Source: the human T2T-CHM13v2.0 reference genome, Homo sapiens. From it: 64,000 bases of DNA. This document shows positions 27,500 to 39,898 of the stretch, one piece after another. The notes beneath the pieces are model-generated. The model was not told the DNA's origin. It ran no database searches and was given only the letters and a program-made list of their open reading frames with translations. The translations under genes were made by a program, and so were the position numbers. The DNA lies in the NCBI RefSeq assembly GCF_009914755.1, contig NC_060929.1. The stretch is one strand, 5' to 3'. How positions within the stretch are numbered: position 1 is the stretch's first letter; every line of letters begins with the position of its first letter.

Positions 27500-28286
27500 A
27501 CCCTCTGTAATTTTAAAAGAAAACGTGCCTACGCCAGGCATAGGACATTAATACATTTGGGGTCAGAATGGGGCCTTTCCCTCTTGGTGGGCAAGGAGGG
27601 ACTTCAGTGAAATTTCATCTTCATCGGAAACAATGACAATTAGCTCTCTGAAAACTTAAAATACCATCATGCCCCTTTTCTTGAACTGATTTCAAATGTT
27701 CAAAAAGAACTCATCTTGAGTCCTCCGACTTATAATTATATTGACTTCTCCTAAGACACTTATTTGAGTTTCTTATCACCCCAAGCTTGTTTCCATTTTA
27801 TTACTGTATATTACTCCTGTTGCCTACATTCAGCTTGGCTATTTCTTTATAATTGTTTTTCATTATCCAGATCCATACATTATCCAGATCCAAACCTTCT
27901 AGAACTCATTTGTGGCAGACCGTAAAACATCCCCAGACATTAGTAAAACTTCTGATTCCTCTCAGCTAATCCCATAGTATATTAAATATTTAGACTAATG
28001 GTGTGAGGAAAGATTCTGGGGAGTGTTCTTGTTTGGGCAGCAATAAAGCCATTCCCTCTCTGTACACCATTGCTCCCTGGTTTCTAATAAAAAATGGATC
28101 AAAGTCTCCTACCGGATTTTTATTCTATCGGAAAAGACATTCTTTTTGTTGAGTGGGACAAAGTTACTTTGTTGCTTATTTAATCCTGGATGAACAGGAA
28201 GGTTGATCGGGGTAGCGAGTGTCTCTTTTGTAGATGACTGGGGCACTCTCTGCCAACTCACTTTTTCTTTTAAAATTACAGCGGGC

Positions 28287-28579
28287 GGCCGGGCACGGTG
28301 GCTTACACCTGTAGTTACAGCACTTGGGGGAGCCAAGGCGGGTGGATCACCTGAGGTCAGGATTTCAAGACCAGCCTGGCCAACGTGGTGAAACCCTGTC
28401 TCTACCAAAACATATAAAAATTAGCCAGGCGTGGTGGCAGGTGCCTGTAATCCCAGCTACACGGGAGGGTGAGGCAGAGAGAGTCGCTTGAACTGGGAAT
28501 GCAGAGGTTGCAGTGAGCCACAATCGCGCCACTGCACTCCAGCCTGGGTGACAGAGCAAGACTCCATTTTAAAAAAAAA
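28287..28579 (+). mobile_element. Full-length Alu (AluSx-like)
   Basis: ggccgggcacggtggc...gatcacctgaggtcagga...A tail. Confidence 0.95.
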
Positions 28580-29149
28580 GACAGTTGTTAATCTTTCTCA
28601 AAAAAGGCAGATGCTGTGAAGTGACTCCACTGTCATTAGATGATTTAATCTCTGTGCCTAGAACTCAAGACCAAAACCTAGTGGCCCTGTGTTGATAGGT
28701 AGCACATGCATTTTTCATTGCAGACATTTTTTTTTTTCCTGGGATGGTCAGAAACCACCCTGATGAAACAATGAGGGTCCTGCTGAGAAGGAAGAGGTCG
28801 AAGCTGTCCTGATGTCCCCCTGGCTCCTTGAGGGCCTTGTTGATCACCAGCAACTCTTTCTTTCACTTCCTGTACTCATTTCCCACCAAACTCCTATCAG
28901 GTGTAGAGCACGTGTTCTTGAACCACACCATAAGGGGCAGTGGCATGGTCCAACTCTGTTGCATATTATCTGGATACAAAGAACAGGCTTCTTTTTACCC
29001 TGGTTAGAATTATTAATTCATACAATTAAATGTCTTATTGAGATTATTTCTTGAAAGTTAATCTCCTCTAGACCCATTCATTCCCACATTTTGATTCAGG
29101 TAATTATTTTCATACATATTTAAAAATATATTAAAATGAGACCTAAATC

Positions 29150-29245
29150 CAGTAACCTTGGACAAGTCATTTACGTTACCTGGGCTCCCATTTTTCATCT
29201 GTGGTAGAAAGAGGGAAGGTGAATTAGATAATCTTTAAGGCTGTC
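29150..29245 (+). mobile_element. MIR fragment
   Basis: accttggacaagtcattta...tttttcatctgt...tagataatctttaagg. Confidence 0.55.
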
Positions 29246-30039
29246 TTCCCTCTTTTCCACCACTGGACACAGCTATCTTTAATACCGTGAAGCTCCTGCC
29301 CTGGAAGCATGAGTAAAAATAATACTTGGAAATGGTTACATCATATAGATTTTGGTTGTTATTAAGGTTTCCAAGAAAGTTTTGCAGATATAATTTTAAT
29401 ATATAGAAACATAATAGCTACTCAAAATTTCATTACTCATATCCAGGGATAGTTGGTGTATATGCTTCAAAAAGAGACATATTCCCAGAATTTAGAGACA
29501 AATTGGTAAAGATCACTCTCCAAGAGTTATAATAAAAATCATTATAAGATAATGAGCTTAGCCACCTGTGAAATTAGTCTGGAATATGAAGGTTTGATCA
29601 ATGGCTTTCTGATGAGATCCGTACACTTCTCAAAGTTATATGAAACAGGTTTGGGTGTCTTCTTCGGTTTGGAAAGTATCTTCAGGAAGACCCAAAGGGG
29701 CGGTCAGCAGTTTGAAGGCAGCTTTAATGTCCTCATTGAGGAGTCACTTGTCTGAGTCTTCAGTGTAATTTTATTCCATAGTTTATGTGGAACTTGGACA
29801 CAGGACAGCAATGAATGAGGACGCAATCATGTGGCTAGCCGCTGCACTGGGAGAAAGCCCAGGGTTTCGAAGACCCATACCCAGGGCCTAGGAGAGCTGA
29901 GCCGCACTGGGGAGCTTGTGGTCTTCAGACTCTCTCTCTCTCTGAGCGCTTGCCGGGGAGGCTGCCTTGCCGCCTTCTGATCCCCAGGTCTCCCCTTAAT
30001 GGTTCTGGATACATTTCAACAGCATCCAATGAGAACAAG

Positions 30040-30260
30040 GCTAACAGGTACCATTGTGAACCTGTTCCATGGGCCAAGAAATGTCCAAGACATTTTGTGT
30101 GTATCAAATCACTGGATCCCTCACACAAACTCCAGAATGTAGCCTCCAGGATCAGTCACTTTACACAAAGGAGAGAACCCTGTGCTCAGAGGAGTTAAGT
30201 ATCTTGGTCCAAGACCACGAGCTGGTAAGTGGAGAAATCAGGATTAGACCCCAGGTGGGA
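30040..30260 (-). mobile_element. MIR
   Basis: gctcagaggagttaagtatcttggtccaagaccacgagctggtaagtggagaaatcaggattagacccc. Confidence 0.7.
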
Positions 30261-32807
30261 ACCCTAGGAACCTGTAAAGCCCTCTGCCAAGAAGCTACTC
30301 AGAGTGAGCATCTGTGGGAGCCTCATAAATTCAGACTCTCAGGAGTCGTCGGGGTGATATGGGTCAATCGGAGTTTGCATGGTCACATTTTTGTGCACGT
30401 TATACTGTGAGAGGCACGGCATAGGCTCTGGAATGTGCCACCAAATTCGCAAACCAGTGATTTTGCAGTTAAATTATATGGATTGTATTAGGGTAATACA
30501 GTTTATATAAACACCTTAGAATTTATGTAACCTTTAAAATAAATAGAGTGGCTAAAATAGTTCCTTTGTTTTTCATTAAAACAGCTGGGGCTTTATCGAG
30601 CTGAGAAGAGAACACCCTACTGCCAGTTCCACCTGCCTCCATCACAGGCCATGTGGCCTGGCCTTGCTGTCACTGGGCACTAGGCAGCTGAAACTTCTAT
30701 TTGTCCTCCTCCAGCTTTCTGCATTTTTTGACCCTAACTGCTATGGTCTTTGCCTTTAATTCTTGGAGAGCCTCCCAGCAGCCTTCAGATGCGCTATGGA
30801 ATCTCAGTGTTCTGGAAATTGAAGGATCGGGTGACACATGACACGCTCGGGTGCTGAGGATCACCTCCCATCCCTAGTGTCACATGGGGAGGCCAGTGTC
30901 CATCTTAGAACTTCTTGTCCCCATTCAGTCTTCCTCCCTTTCTCTCAGCCTTCCTCTCTCTCCCTTCATCTCTCCCCACCTCCCTCTCTCTCTCTTCACC
31001 TGGTTCATCTCCCCTCAGGGCACCTTCAGGCTGAAAGTGCCTCACTCGATCACCAAACACTGCCAGAGCCTCATCTGTGTTGTGACCTGAGCTGGGTGTG
31101 AAACATTCAGGGCTGAAAACACAGGGTTTGCCCTCAGCAGCTCAGTGTTGGTGCCCTGAAGATGTCTTTAATGGAGGGGAGGGGGTAAAAGGGAAGGAAA
31201 GATGGCAGGAGGAGGGTTCTCAGCACTGGAGGCTCTGAGCAGGGCTACAAGTCGCGAGCTGCCCATAGCTGACAGATGCCCTTTGCTCGCACCATGGCCG
31301 CCTCCTTCCAGCTTCCAAAACAGCCTCCTTCCACAGGCCTCGTGAGCTCCTGCAAAGATGCTTCATGGGTCTCAGCCTCTCTACACCAGCCCAGTTTCTG
31401 CTGTGGTAGAGACATGGCCCCCTGTGTTTCCATGGGAATCCCTTTTTCAGCGAATTTCAGTCAGTGGAAAGATTAACATGAACACCAAGAACTTGGAGTC
31501 GTGAAGAGAAACTGAGGAACGGGCCTCTAGATGGAAATTTCTAACCACATAAAAGTGAGATGGGAAAATGACCATGATTTCCTGTTTTATGTTCTTCTGG
31601 ATGTAACACCAGCGAGGCTTTGGGAGTAACCTAAAAGTCTGCAGTAGGAATAACCTACACAGATGCCCGGTAGGCACCAGCACCTCCACGGGAGGAGTCA
31701 GAAACCCCCTTTATATATTGTAGACCCAGATCCAGCACACTCTCAGGACCTGGCAGCAAACTCAACCGAATTCACTGATGTGAACATGGGGAGGAGCAGG
31801 CATGAATACGTGGTGCCTGCAATCCCTACACATGGTGAACACTTAAGTGGTCCACCCCATTAGGCTTCTTTGTTACTGAAAGTGACAGGTTTATAAATAA
31901 AATATAATTGGCTATCAGAGAGGTCTCAGTGGCTCTTGGAGACAATACTGCATACACTGAGCCCCTTTACACACTCATCTGCTACAGTCTTGCTTCCAGG
32001 TTATAAGTGACAATATTATTTTGCAACAGAAGGAATAGGACAGTATCTTCTGGGGTCCAAAAAAAAGGGGTGTATATCTGGGCCTTGTAATCACCCATGA
32101 ATTAGTAGATCTGCAATGCGTTTACCAAAATCATTTTTGTCCATAATTAATACAACTTCTATACTAGCCTGCATGAAAATACATGGGAAATCTGTCTTCA
32201 GACTTCCCTGGCTACCCCACACTGTAAACATCAATTACTCTGATGTAGATGTCACCATCTATAAATGACACACATTCTTTTTCTTTAGGGCCAGAGAAGC
32301 ATCATAAATCAGTTAAATTTAAACATGGATTGTTTTCTTTTCCATTGAAGATGGTATTGATTGAATTAAACAATGAATCCACTCAATGCTGTCATCACTC
32401 CTGATTTCTCTGACTACATGTTGTTTTCCAAATATATTGAGCCCTCCGATTTAGGTAATATTTGTGTTGCACAAAGCATAAAGGGATTTCAAATTACCTG
32501 ATTTACTTACTCGGAAAAGATCTTGGCATCTTGAAAATTTAAGACAAAAATACACTGAGGCCCAAGTCATTTGCTTTAACATAAGGGCTGGCAAATTACT
32601 GTTTCTAATCTCTACTTTAAACTATGGAGAAGTATGGAATATCACATAGATAAGCTAATTTCAGGAGGGGGTAATTTAACAACACGTGTAATTGGTTTGG
32701 GGGAAAAAGGTAAATAGCAAGTGTCTGATTGTTAGCTTGGTTGATTTAAATCAGTATAGATTTAGGAAAAGCGTACAATCTGCTGAGCATTCTAAACATC
32801 TGAAACA

Positions 32808-32954
32808 TCCCAACACAAAAAAAGTACATTTGAGGTGATGGATATCCTAATTACTCTGATTCGATCATTATACTTTTAATGCATGTATCAAAAATCCCAC
32901 CAATCCCATAAATATGTACAATTATTATATATCAACGAAAATAAATAAATAGAT
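32808..32954 (+). mobile_element. Short L1MA-type 3' end
   Basis: tttgaggtgatggatatcctaattactctgattcgatcattatac...ataaatatgtacaattattat; TSD aac(a/g)tctgaaaca at 32795-32807 and 32955-32967. Confidence 0.85.
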
Positions 32955-33088
32955 AACGTCTGAAACAGGCACCACTGCCTCAGTGAGGTATGAACTCCAG
33001 CCCTTACCAGAAATTGTCCCACAGGGATCTTGGGGCTATGAGATCTGCTGATCTAGTCACTTCTCTTCCCAGCCAGGAGGGTGTGACC

Positions 33089-33578
33089 TGTTGACCGAAA
33101 TTAAGGCTGTTGAGGCAGAAATAATTAGATATAAGTTTACTGGAAGTCAAATTTGAGGACTGACTCAGGAAGACACACCAACAAAGTTGGGTGAATTCCA
33201 AAGTTTGCTACAAGTTGGAGACTTTTATAAGAAAGTTTAGGAAGAGGGAGGGAGACTTCTCATGTCACAGTTGTCCTTTTCATTAAAGGGTACAATACAG
33301 AGGTTACACTCGTTGGCTACAGACAACAACATACAGGCTAAAATGTTCTATGTGCAAGACAATTGGCAAAACTTCACGATTCAGAAACAAATCAGGGTCC
33401 TTTTCAATGTCAGTAGGTTACATACTAATCAGTACATCAACGGCTTGAGGAGCTCAGGATAAGGTTTGAGAAACTCACTTAAGATTCTTGGCTTAGGAAC
33501 GGGATGTCATTATGAATCATAAGACCTTCCCTAGGTGGTTAATTTGGAAGCCTGCAGAATGTGACCTGTAGGTTATCA
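33089..33578 (-). mobile_element. Class I ERV solo LTR (family not assigned)
   Basis: 490 bp bounded by TG...CA with 4-bp TSD gacc at 33085-33088 and 33579-33582; orientation inferred from a poly(A)-signal-like motif. Confidence 0.65.
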
Positions 33579-33745
33579 GACCCAAGTTAAACAAAGGTGT
33601 CTGTGGCTATTTTTCTGTACCCTCAGTTTTGGTGGAGGTTAACTTGGACCTTGGGAAGACATCATTCCTGTCTCCACTGGCAGCTTCTCACTTGGCAACT
33701 CTTTGATTCTTTCTGAATTGATAAAACTCAGTGTTTGTGGGAAAT

Positions 33746-34144
33746 TGTGATGGTTAATTACTGAGTGTCAATTTCATTGCATTGAAGGATACAAAATATT
33801 GGTCCTGGGAGTGTCTGTGAAAGTGTTGCCAAAGTATATTAACATTTAAGTCAGTGGGCTGGGAAAGGCAGACCCACCCTTAATCTAGGTGGGCACAATG
33901 TAGTCAGCTGCCAGTGTGGCTAGAACATAAGCAGGCAGAAAAATGTCAAAAGGCAGACTGGCCTAGCCTCCAGCCTACATCTTTCTCTGTACTGGATGCT
34001 TCCTGCCCTCAAACATCAGACTCCAAGTTCTTCAGTTTTGGAATTCGGACTGGCTCTCCTTGCTCCTCTGCCTGCAGATGACCTATTGTGGGACCTTGTG
34101 ATCATGTGAGTTAATACTTAATAAACTCCCCATATATATATATA

Positions 34145-34187
<43 letters not shown>

Positions 34188-34448
34188 ATATATATATATA
34201 TAGACATATATGTGTAGAGAGAGACATATATATATAGACACATATAGATATATATAGACATATATATATAGAGAGAGATATATATATAGACATATATATA
34301 GACAAAACTAAGGTAATATATATGTGTATATATGTATATATGTGTATATATACATGTACATACATATACATATTTCCCTTAGTTCTGTCTCTTTAGAGAA
34401 CCCTAATACAGACCTTGTGATCGTTTGAGTTAATACTGAATAAACTCC

Positions 34449-34496
<48 letters not shown>

Positions 34497-34534
34497 CCTT
34501 AGTTCTGTCTCTTTAGAAAACCCTGACTAATACA
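33746..34534 (+). mobile_element. MLT2A (HERV-L) solo LTR with duplicated 3' end
   Basis: tgtgatggttaa.tactgagtgtcaa...gggaaaggcagacccacccttaatct...ccctgactaataca; TSD gaaat/gaagt. Confidence 0.92.
34131..34373. repeat. Compound (TA)/(TG)/(GA) microsatellite inside MLT2A
   Basis: Read directly; a second pure (AT)n lies at 34451-34493. Confidence 0.95.
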
Positions 34535-35011
34535 GAAGTCAAGTAGTGTCTGCCTGTGAGCTGACGAGTCTGAGTTTATCCTGGCCCAGCTGATCCGTCC
34601 TTTAACAAGCACAAGGTGAACCTGCCAGCCTGGCACTCAGGCTCTGCAGGGCTTTGCTCTGCCTGCATCCTGGTTTGCCCACTCTGGAAGCAGAGCTGGG
34701 ACTTCTTCCTGCTGCCATTGTCAAGAAGTAGGCTCAGCCCAGCCCCCATGTAGGAGGTAGGATAAAAAACACCATCCCTGGGAGAAATACAGTCATCTTC
34801 CAGTTCTAGTCCCCAGATTAAATGAAACCAGAAATATTTCCTACAGTTGCCCACTCCTCTGCGATCTCTCCATCCCTGACTTTAGCATCAGTAATGACAG
34901 AGATATGCCATGACCTCTGTAGATATGATAATCTGGTGAAGACATGGGTGTTTTTCCACCATGAAAATATGTTTTTAAGGGGGCGGGGGTTGGGGATATG
35001 GCCATAGTAAC

Positions 35012-35044
<33 letters not shown>

Positions 35045-35052
35045 GCGTGCGC
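35012..35052. repeat. (TG)n(CG)n alternating purine-pyrimidine tract
   Basis: tgtg...tgcgcgcgcgtgtgtgtgcgtgcgc. Confidence 0.9.
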
Positions 35053-35507
35053 TTCCAGTACTTCATATGTCTGTTCGTATTTATTATTATTACTGAATGG
35101 GCAAAGCCTTCTAATGATTGTGCCTGTTTACAGGTAAATGTTTTTATTGTTGCTTTTCTGAAATTCTTTCTGAGTCTTCCTTCTTTAAGTGGAGGCTGCA
35201 CTGAGATTTGCTGAGACGAACGCACATCAAGGAACCCACTAAATTCCACTTGCACCTCTGCAGAAGTCAGCCTCGCTACCTTCTTTGTTTGTTAAGCACA
35301 AATTTGAGTTCTACATGCTGTCAGGAGTTTCCTTCTCTTCATCCCTCTCTCTCTCTCCTTGGTTCTCTTCCTATTCCATTTCCAGACTAAGTCAGGTGCA
35401 TGACCAAACTGGGCCTGATTCGGACTTGAACGCTGCCACGCCTACTCCCTGTTGGTGGCACACATGGGGGATTTTATGGTCTGACCATTTGACATTTTCT
35501 GATGAGC

Positions 35508-35512
35508 CGTGT

Positions 35513-35549
<37 letters not shown>
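35508..35549. repeat. (GT)n microsatellite
   Basis: Read directly. Confidence 0.9.
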
Positions 35550-35550
<1 letters not shown>

Positions 35551-35756
35551 ACCTGAGTATGTGCATTTGACTTTTTGGCTCATTTGTCTTGGGGACTCCA
35601 GTATCTTGTGACATTTGAGATTTGTGCGACTGGGTCATAGGAATTTTTTTGTAAGAATGATGAAAGTTCCAGCCACCTTCCTTATGTCAGTTCCCACATC
35701 ACTGGTCTGCTATCTCTTCTTCTAACAATTAATAAAATCCTCTACACTGTTTGTCT

Positions 35757-36536
35757 TGTTGAAAGAAAAACTTCAGCCAGATTAAATTTAAAGGAGTTTA
35801 ACTGAGCAATGAACAATTTGTGAATTGGGCAGCCCCCAAAATCACAGCAGATTCAGAGAGACTCCAGTGCAGCCACGTGGTGGAAGAAGATTTATAGACC
35901 AAAAAAAAAGTAAAGTGACGACAGAAATCAGAAGTTAGGTACAGAAACAGCTGGAATGGTCACAGGTTAGTGTTTGCCTTATTTGACCACAGTTTTTTGT
36001 TGTTGTTGTTTTTGTTTTTTTTAATTAAAACAAATTACCGTATTTATTGAAATATCAATCATAATTATTATAGATAGGTTAGAAGGCAGGAGAAGGGATT
36101 ATAGTACATTACTTTTTGACTAAGTGGGAAAACTGTAAATTAGAGATTAGTCAGTTTATAAACCACATATTATTGGAATTTTTCTTGGGAAAGCTCCAAC
36201 ATCAAAAATTTGTTTTGCAAATACAGTTCCCTTTGGTTTGGTTCCTCATAACCTGAAACTTAAAGTATAATAATAATAAAATAAAATAAGAAAAAGAGAT
36301 AAGAAAAGTGTGGAGAAGGGAAGTACGGTTGTGACCACTGTTTTGAACACTCAGCATGACGACTGGTTGAAGCATGGCTGCTAGGATTGGCCAAGACTCA
36401 GCTATTGTTACAGGTGGATACTCCTAAGTTAGGTTTCAGTCTTGTCTGCTTATTAAGTTAGGTTATAGTTCCTCCACAAGGACTCAAATATAGAAGTACA
36501 GAGCCCTTCTCAGGCCATATTTAGTTCACTTTAACA
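35757..36536 (-). mobile_element. MER57-type ERV1 solo LTR, split by an L1-mediated insertion
   Basis: aaggactcaaatatagaagtacagagcccttctcaggccatatttagttcactttaaca; 4-bp TSD gtct at 35753-35756 and 36537-36540. Confidence 0.9.
35996..36331 (-). mobile_element. L1 3'-transduction with 5' inversion
   Basis: TSD tgaccac(a/t)gttt at 35984-35995 and 36332-36343; T tail; tttatt at 36043-36048; inverted L1PA terminus at 36252-36290. Confidence 0.8.
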
Positions 36537-36739
36537 GTCTTTTTTAGCATGCCACTGTAATTTCAAATCTTCCCCCCAAAAAACTATTCCACTAGGAAGG
36601 TGAGTAGCTGTATGAACCCTAATATGTGGTCTGTGTTTCCTTTTGACCTATGGCTAGAATGATTCAATGGAGACTTCTAATTCTCTTTTTGATTATATAA
36701 GTGGGAAAAAAAAGAATAAAAATAACCCATTTCTCCTTC

Positions 36740-37063
36740 TGCTCTATCTGAATGTTTATATCCTCCCAAAATTCATCTGTTGAAATCCTCATTCACAATG
36801 TGATAATCTTAGGAGATGGGGCGTTTGGAAGGTGATTAGGTCATGAGAGTGGAGCCCTCATGTATGGTATCGGAGCTCTTATAATACGGACGCCACAGAG
36901 TTACCTTGTTCCCTTCACCATGTGAGAATACAGCAAGAAGGCACCATCTGTGACTCAGGAAACAGGTCCTCACCAGACACCAAATCTGCCTTCCCAGCTT
37001 CCAAAACTATGAGCAATACATTTCTGTTATTTATAAGCTACCTGCATTATGGCATTTTGTTAC
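36740..37063 (+). mobile_element. MLT1A0-like LTR
   Basis: ctgaatgtttatatcctcccaaaattcatctgttgaaatcct...ggtgattaggtcatgagagtggagccctcatg...caccagacaccaaatctgcc. Confidence 0.85.
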
Positions 37064-37245
37064 ACCCCCCTCCGTTATGACAATGATGTGCTTACAGCTG
37101 TAACCCCCTCTGCATCTTTGGCCAGCTAGCCCATCTCTCTCTCACTCTCACTCTCCCTGACTCCACACACCTACCTCCGCCCCCCGCCACACACCATTTT
37201 AAGTAAATTGGTCCTAAGAATTATTTTAGTTAGCTACTGAAGAGC

Positions 37246-37321
37246 CTGAAGCTGGAGGATCACTTGAGCCCAGAAGTTTGAATCCAGCCTGGGCAACATA
37301 GTGAGACCCCATCAAAAAAAA
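37246..37321 (+). mobile_element. Alu monomer fragment (FLAM/AluJ-like)
   Basis: ggaggatcacttgagcccagaagtttgaatccagcctgggcaacatagtgagacccc followed by an A run. Confidence 0.8.
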
Positions 37322-38419
37322 TCTCTCATTTTGTGCACACTCTAAGGATATTTACTTCAAACATATATATTTACCCCTAAAGGGAAGAGAATGTACAAAT
37401 AGAAGGACAGTGGCTCAGAGAGCAAAGAGTAGACACCTGGGATGGTTTTCCTTAGTCCATTTAACAACCTTCAGACTGGGAACACATGTGTGATGGAAGG
37501 AGAGACGGCTTCTGGTATGTCTGGAGCTTTGCAATTTCCTGAGACGTTCAAAGGGTTCTGAATGAGTGACCATCTGTCTCCTCCCTAAAAAGAAGACAGG
37601 GAAGCCCTATGCAAACACACAAATGAGCAAGTCAGTCTGTAAGGAAGAGCCACAAGTGCTAACAACATGATGTGAATAAACTCTAAATTTGCACCTTTAA
37701 CTTAAACTACAGTCTAGATAGACAAGTATTTAAAAACATGGCACATAATGAATGATACACGTATCTATAAATACCTCCTAAGTTTCCTGGCTGGCCCAAA
37801 ATTTGATTGAATTCTCTGACTATATTTGTGTGAAATACATTTCCCAGAAAACACATTGATATATTTTCCTAGCTTCAGAAAAAAAAGGTAAGTTATAAGC
37901 TTCCTTAAATTCAGCACTCCTATGTTGATTGTTTTAGATAAAATTTTAAGCATTTATATAAATTTAAGTAATTTCAAGCATTTGCAGAGTGCAAAAGCAA
38001 AATGTTGAACTTCTAATGCCTTAAAATTGCCAGCTTTAAAAATATTTAGATTATTTGCTGAAATCAGAAAATAAAGACAACGTTTAGCCATGAGTTAATG
38101 ATCTTGCTGAATAAGTTGCAAAATAATTTTAAAAAGAGAAATTGATAACATGGAAAAATAACTATGAGAAAACTTTAGTACAAGCAAGCAAAATTTGAAG
38201 AACTTTTAAATGTATAAAAGTAGAAAATATTTAGGGATTGTTTTTAATCAAGATGAAGCCTTGAATAGACTGGTTTAAAAATTTCAGCTTCAATATTGTT
38301 TAATAGCTTTCCTTCTATTTTATCAGCTTATAAAACATAATGTCACCAAAGTGTTCTAGTTTATGCAAGCCTAGTTTTTTCTTATTGAAATCCCAATAAT
38401 TTATGCTTTTAAATTCCTT

Positions 38420-38808
<389 letters not shown>

Positions 38809-39898
38809 TGAACGTTTTGCTAAAATAAATTGAATTGTAACAACGATTATCTTTTAAAGAGAGTTTGTTCCTGTAAACTACAGAGAAAGCTACAGATAAT
38901 AAAATGAGACTGTAGGGGATATTTATAGAGAAACTTGAGTGCTTTTGTGTTTGTCTAGCAAGGGGAAATCAACATAATTTTGTCTTAAAATATCAAAGTC
39001 TGCTTGTGCCAGAATAAGAACGAAAGTAAGAAAAAACATTTGAGAGTGAAAATAAGTGTGGAAAATCAGAAAGGATGTGAGTTTTGGTTTATGTTACCCC
39101 CAAAATGAACAACTTGAAAGGAGCAGTAAAACTTGTTAAAATTTTGACCAAGTTTGCTGAATGTTAATGAGTATAACTTAGAAATGAGAAAAAGATTTGT
39201 AAAAACTTGTCTGCCAATTATTACATGAACGGTATAAAATAGAAAAGCTCAAATGTGGCTTTTCCAAATAGACGTTTTGGCATATGAATATACATTTTGC
39301 TCTTTACAGGAAATAGTAAGAAGTTATTCTGTACCTATATAGCAGAGTTTCTTACAATCACTACACTATCCCGTTAGCTGTTTTGCTTTTTGTTTTTCTC
39401 ATGAACTATCTTTGAACAAAAGTTATTTGAAAAACACTAAAATTTCTGGATAATTGTGTAATTGTTGCCTGCTGTTACTCTGCGTTTGTGCTTTCTCTTC
39501 AGACTCAGACTATAGTCATTTCTTGTGTTTAAATATTTATGATTTCAGCTTATTTATTGCTTCTGTTTCAAATTTATATTCCAATTTGGAATAATAAAGC
39601 TTTTATGATATCTTTTTTACTTAAACTATCTTATGAGCTTGCCTAACAGTAGCTGCGTCCCATAACAGGTGCACTGCTTTAATTCATAAGAAGATAAATG
39701 CTAGAAATAATTGGGTTGGCTTGCAATTTTCCAAAGTTTAAGTTAGCTACACTCAATTGTTGGAGCTCTACTGTCTATTGAACCAACAATACGAGAACAG
39801 GCAAATCAAAAAAGTGAAATCTACTCTCTAGGGCAACTAGGAATAAATAAAAAGATTATTGTATCAGTCAGCGTTCTCCAGAGAGACAGAACCAATAG

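Noticed and set aside
27861-27892. Short tandem duplications (also 15557-15572 and about 59468-59493)
   Set aside because: Ordinary short slippage duplications.
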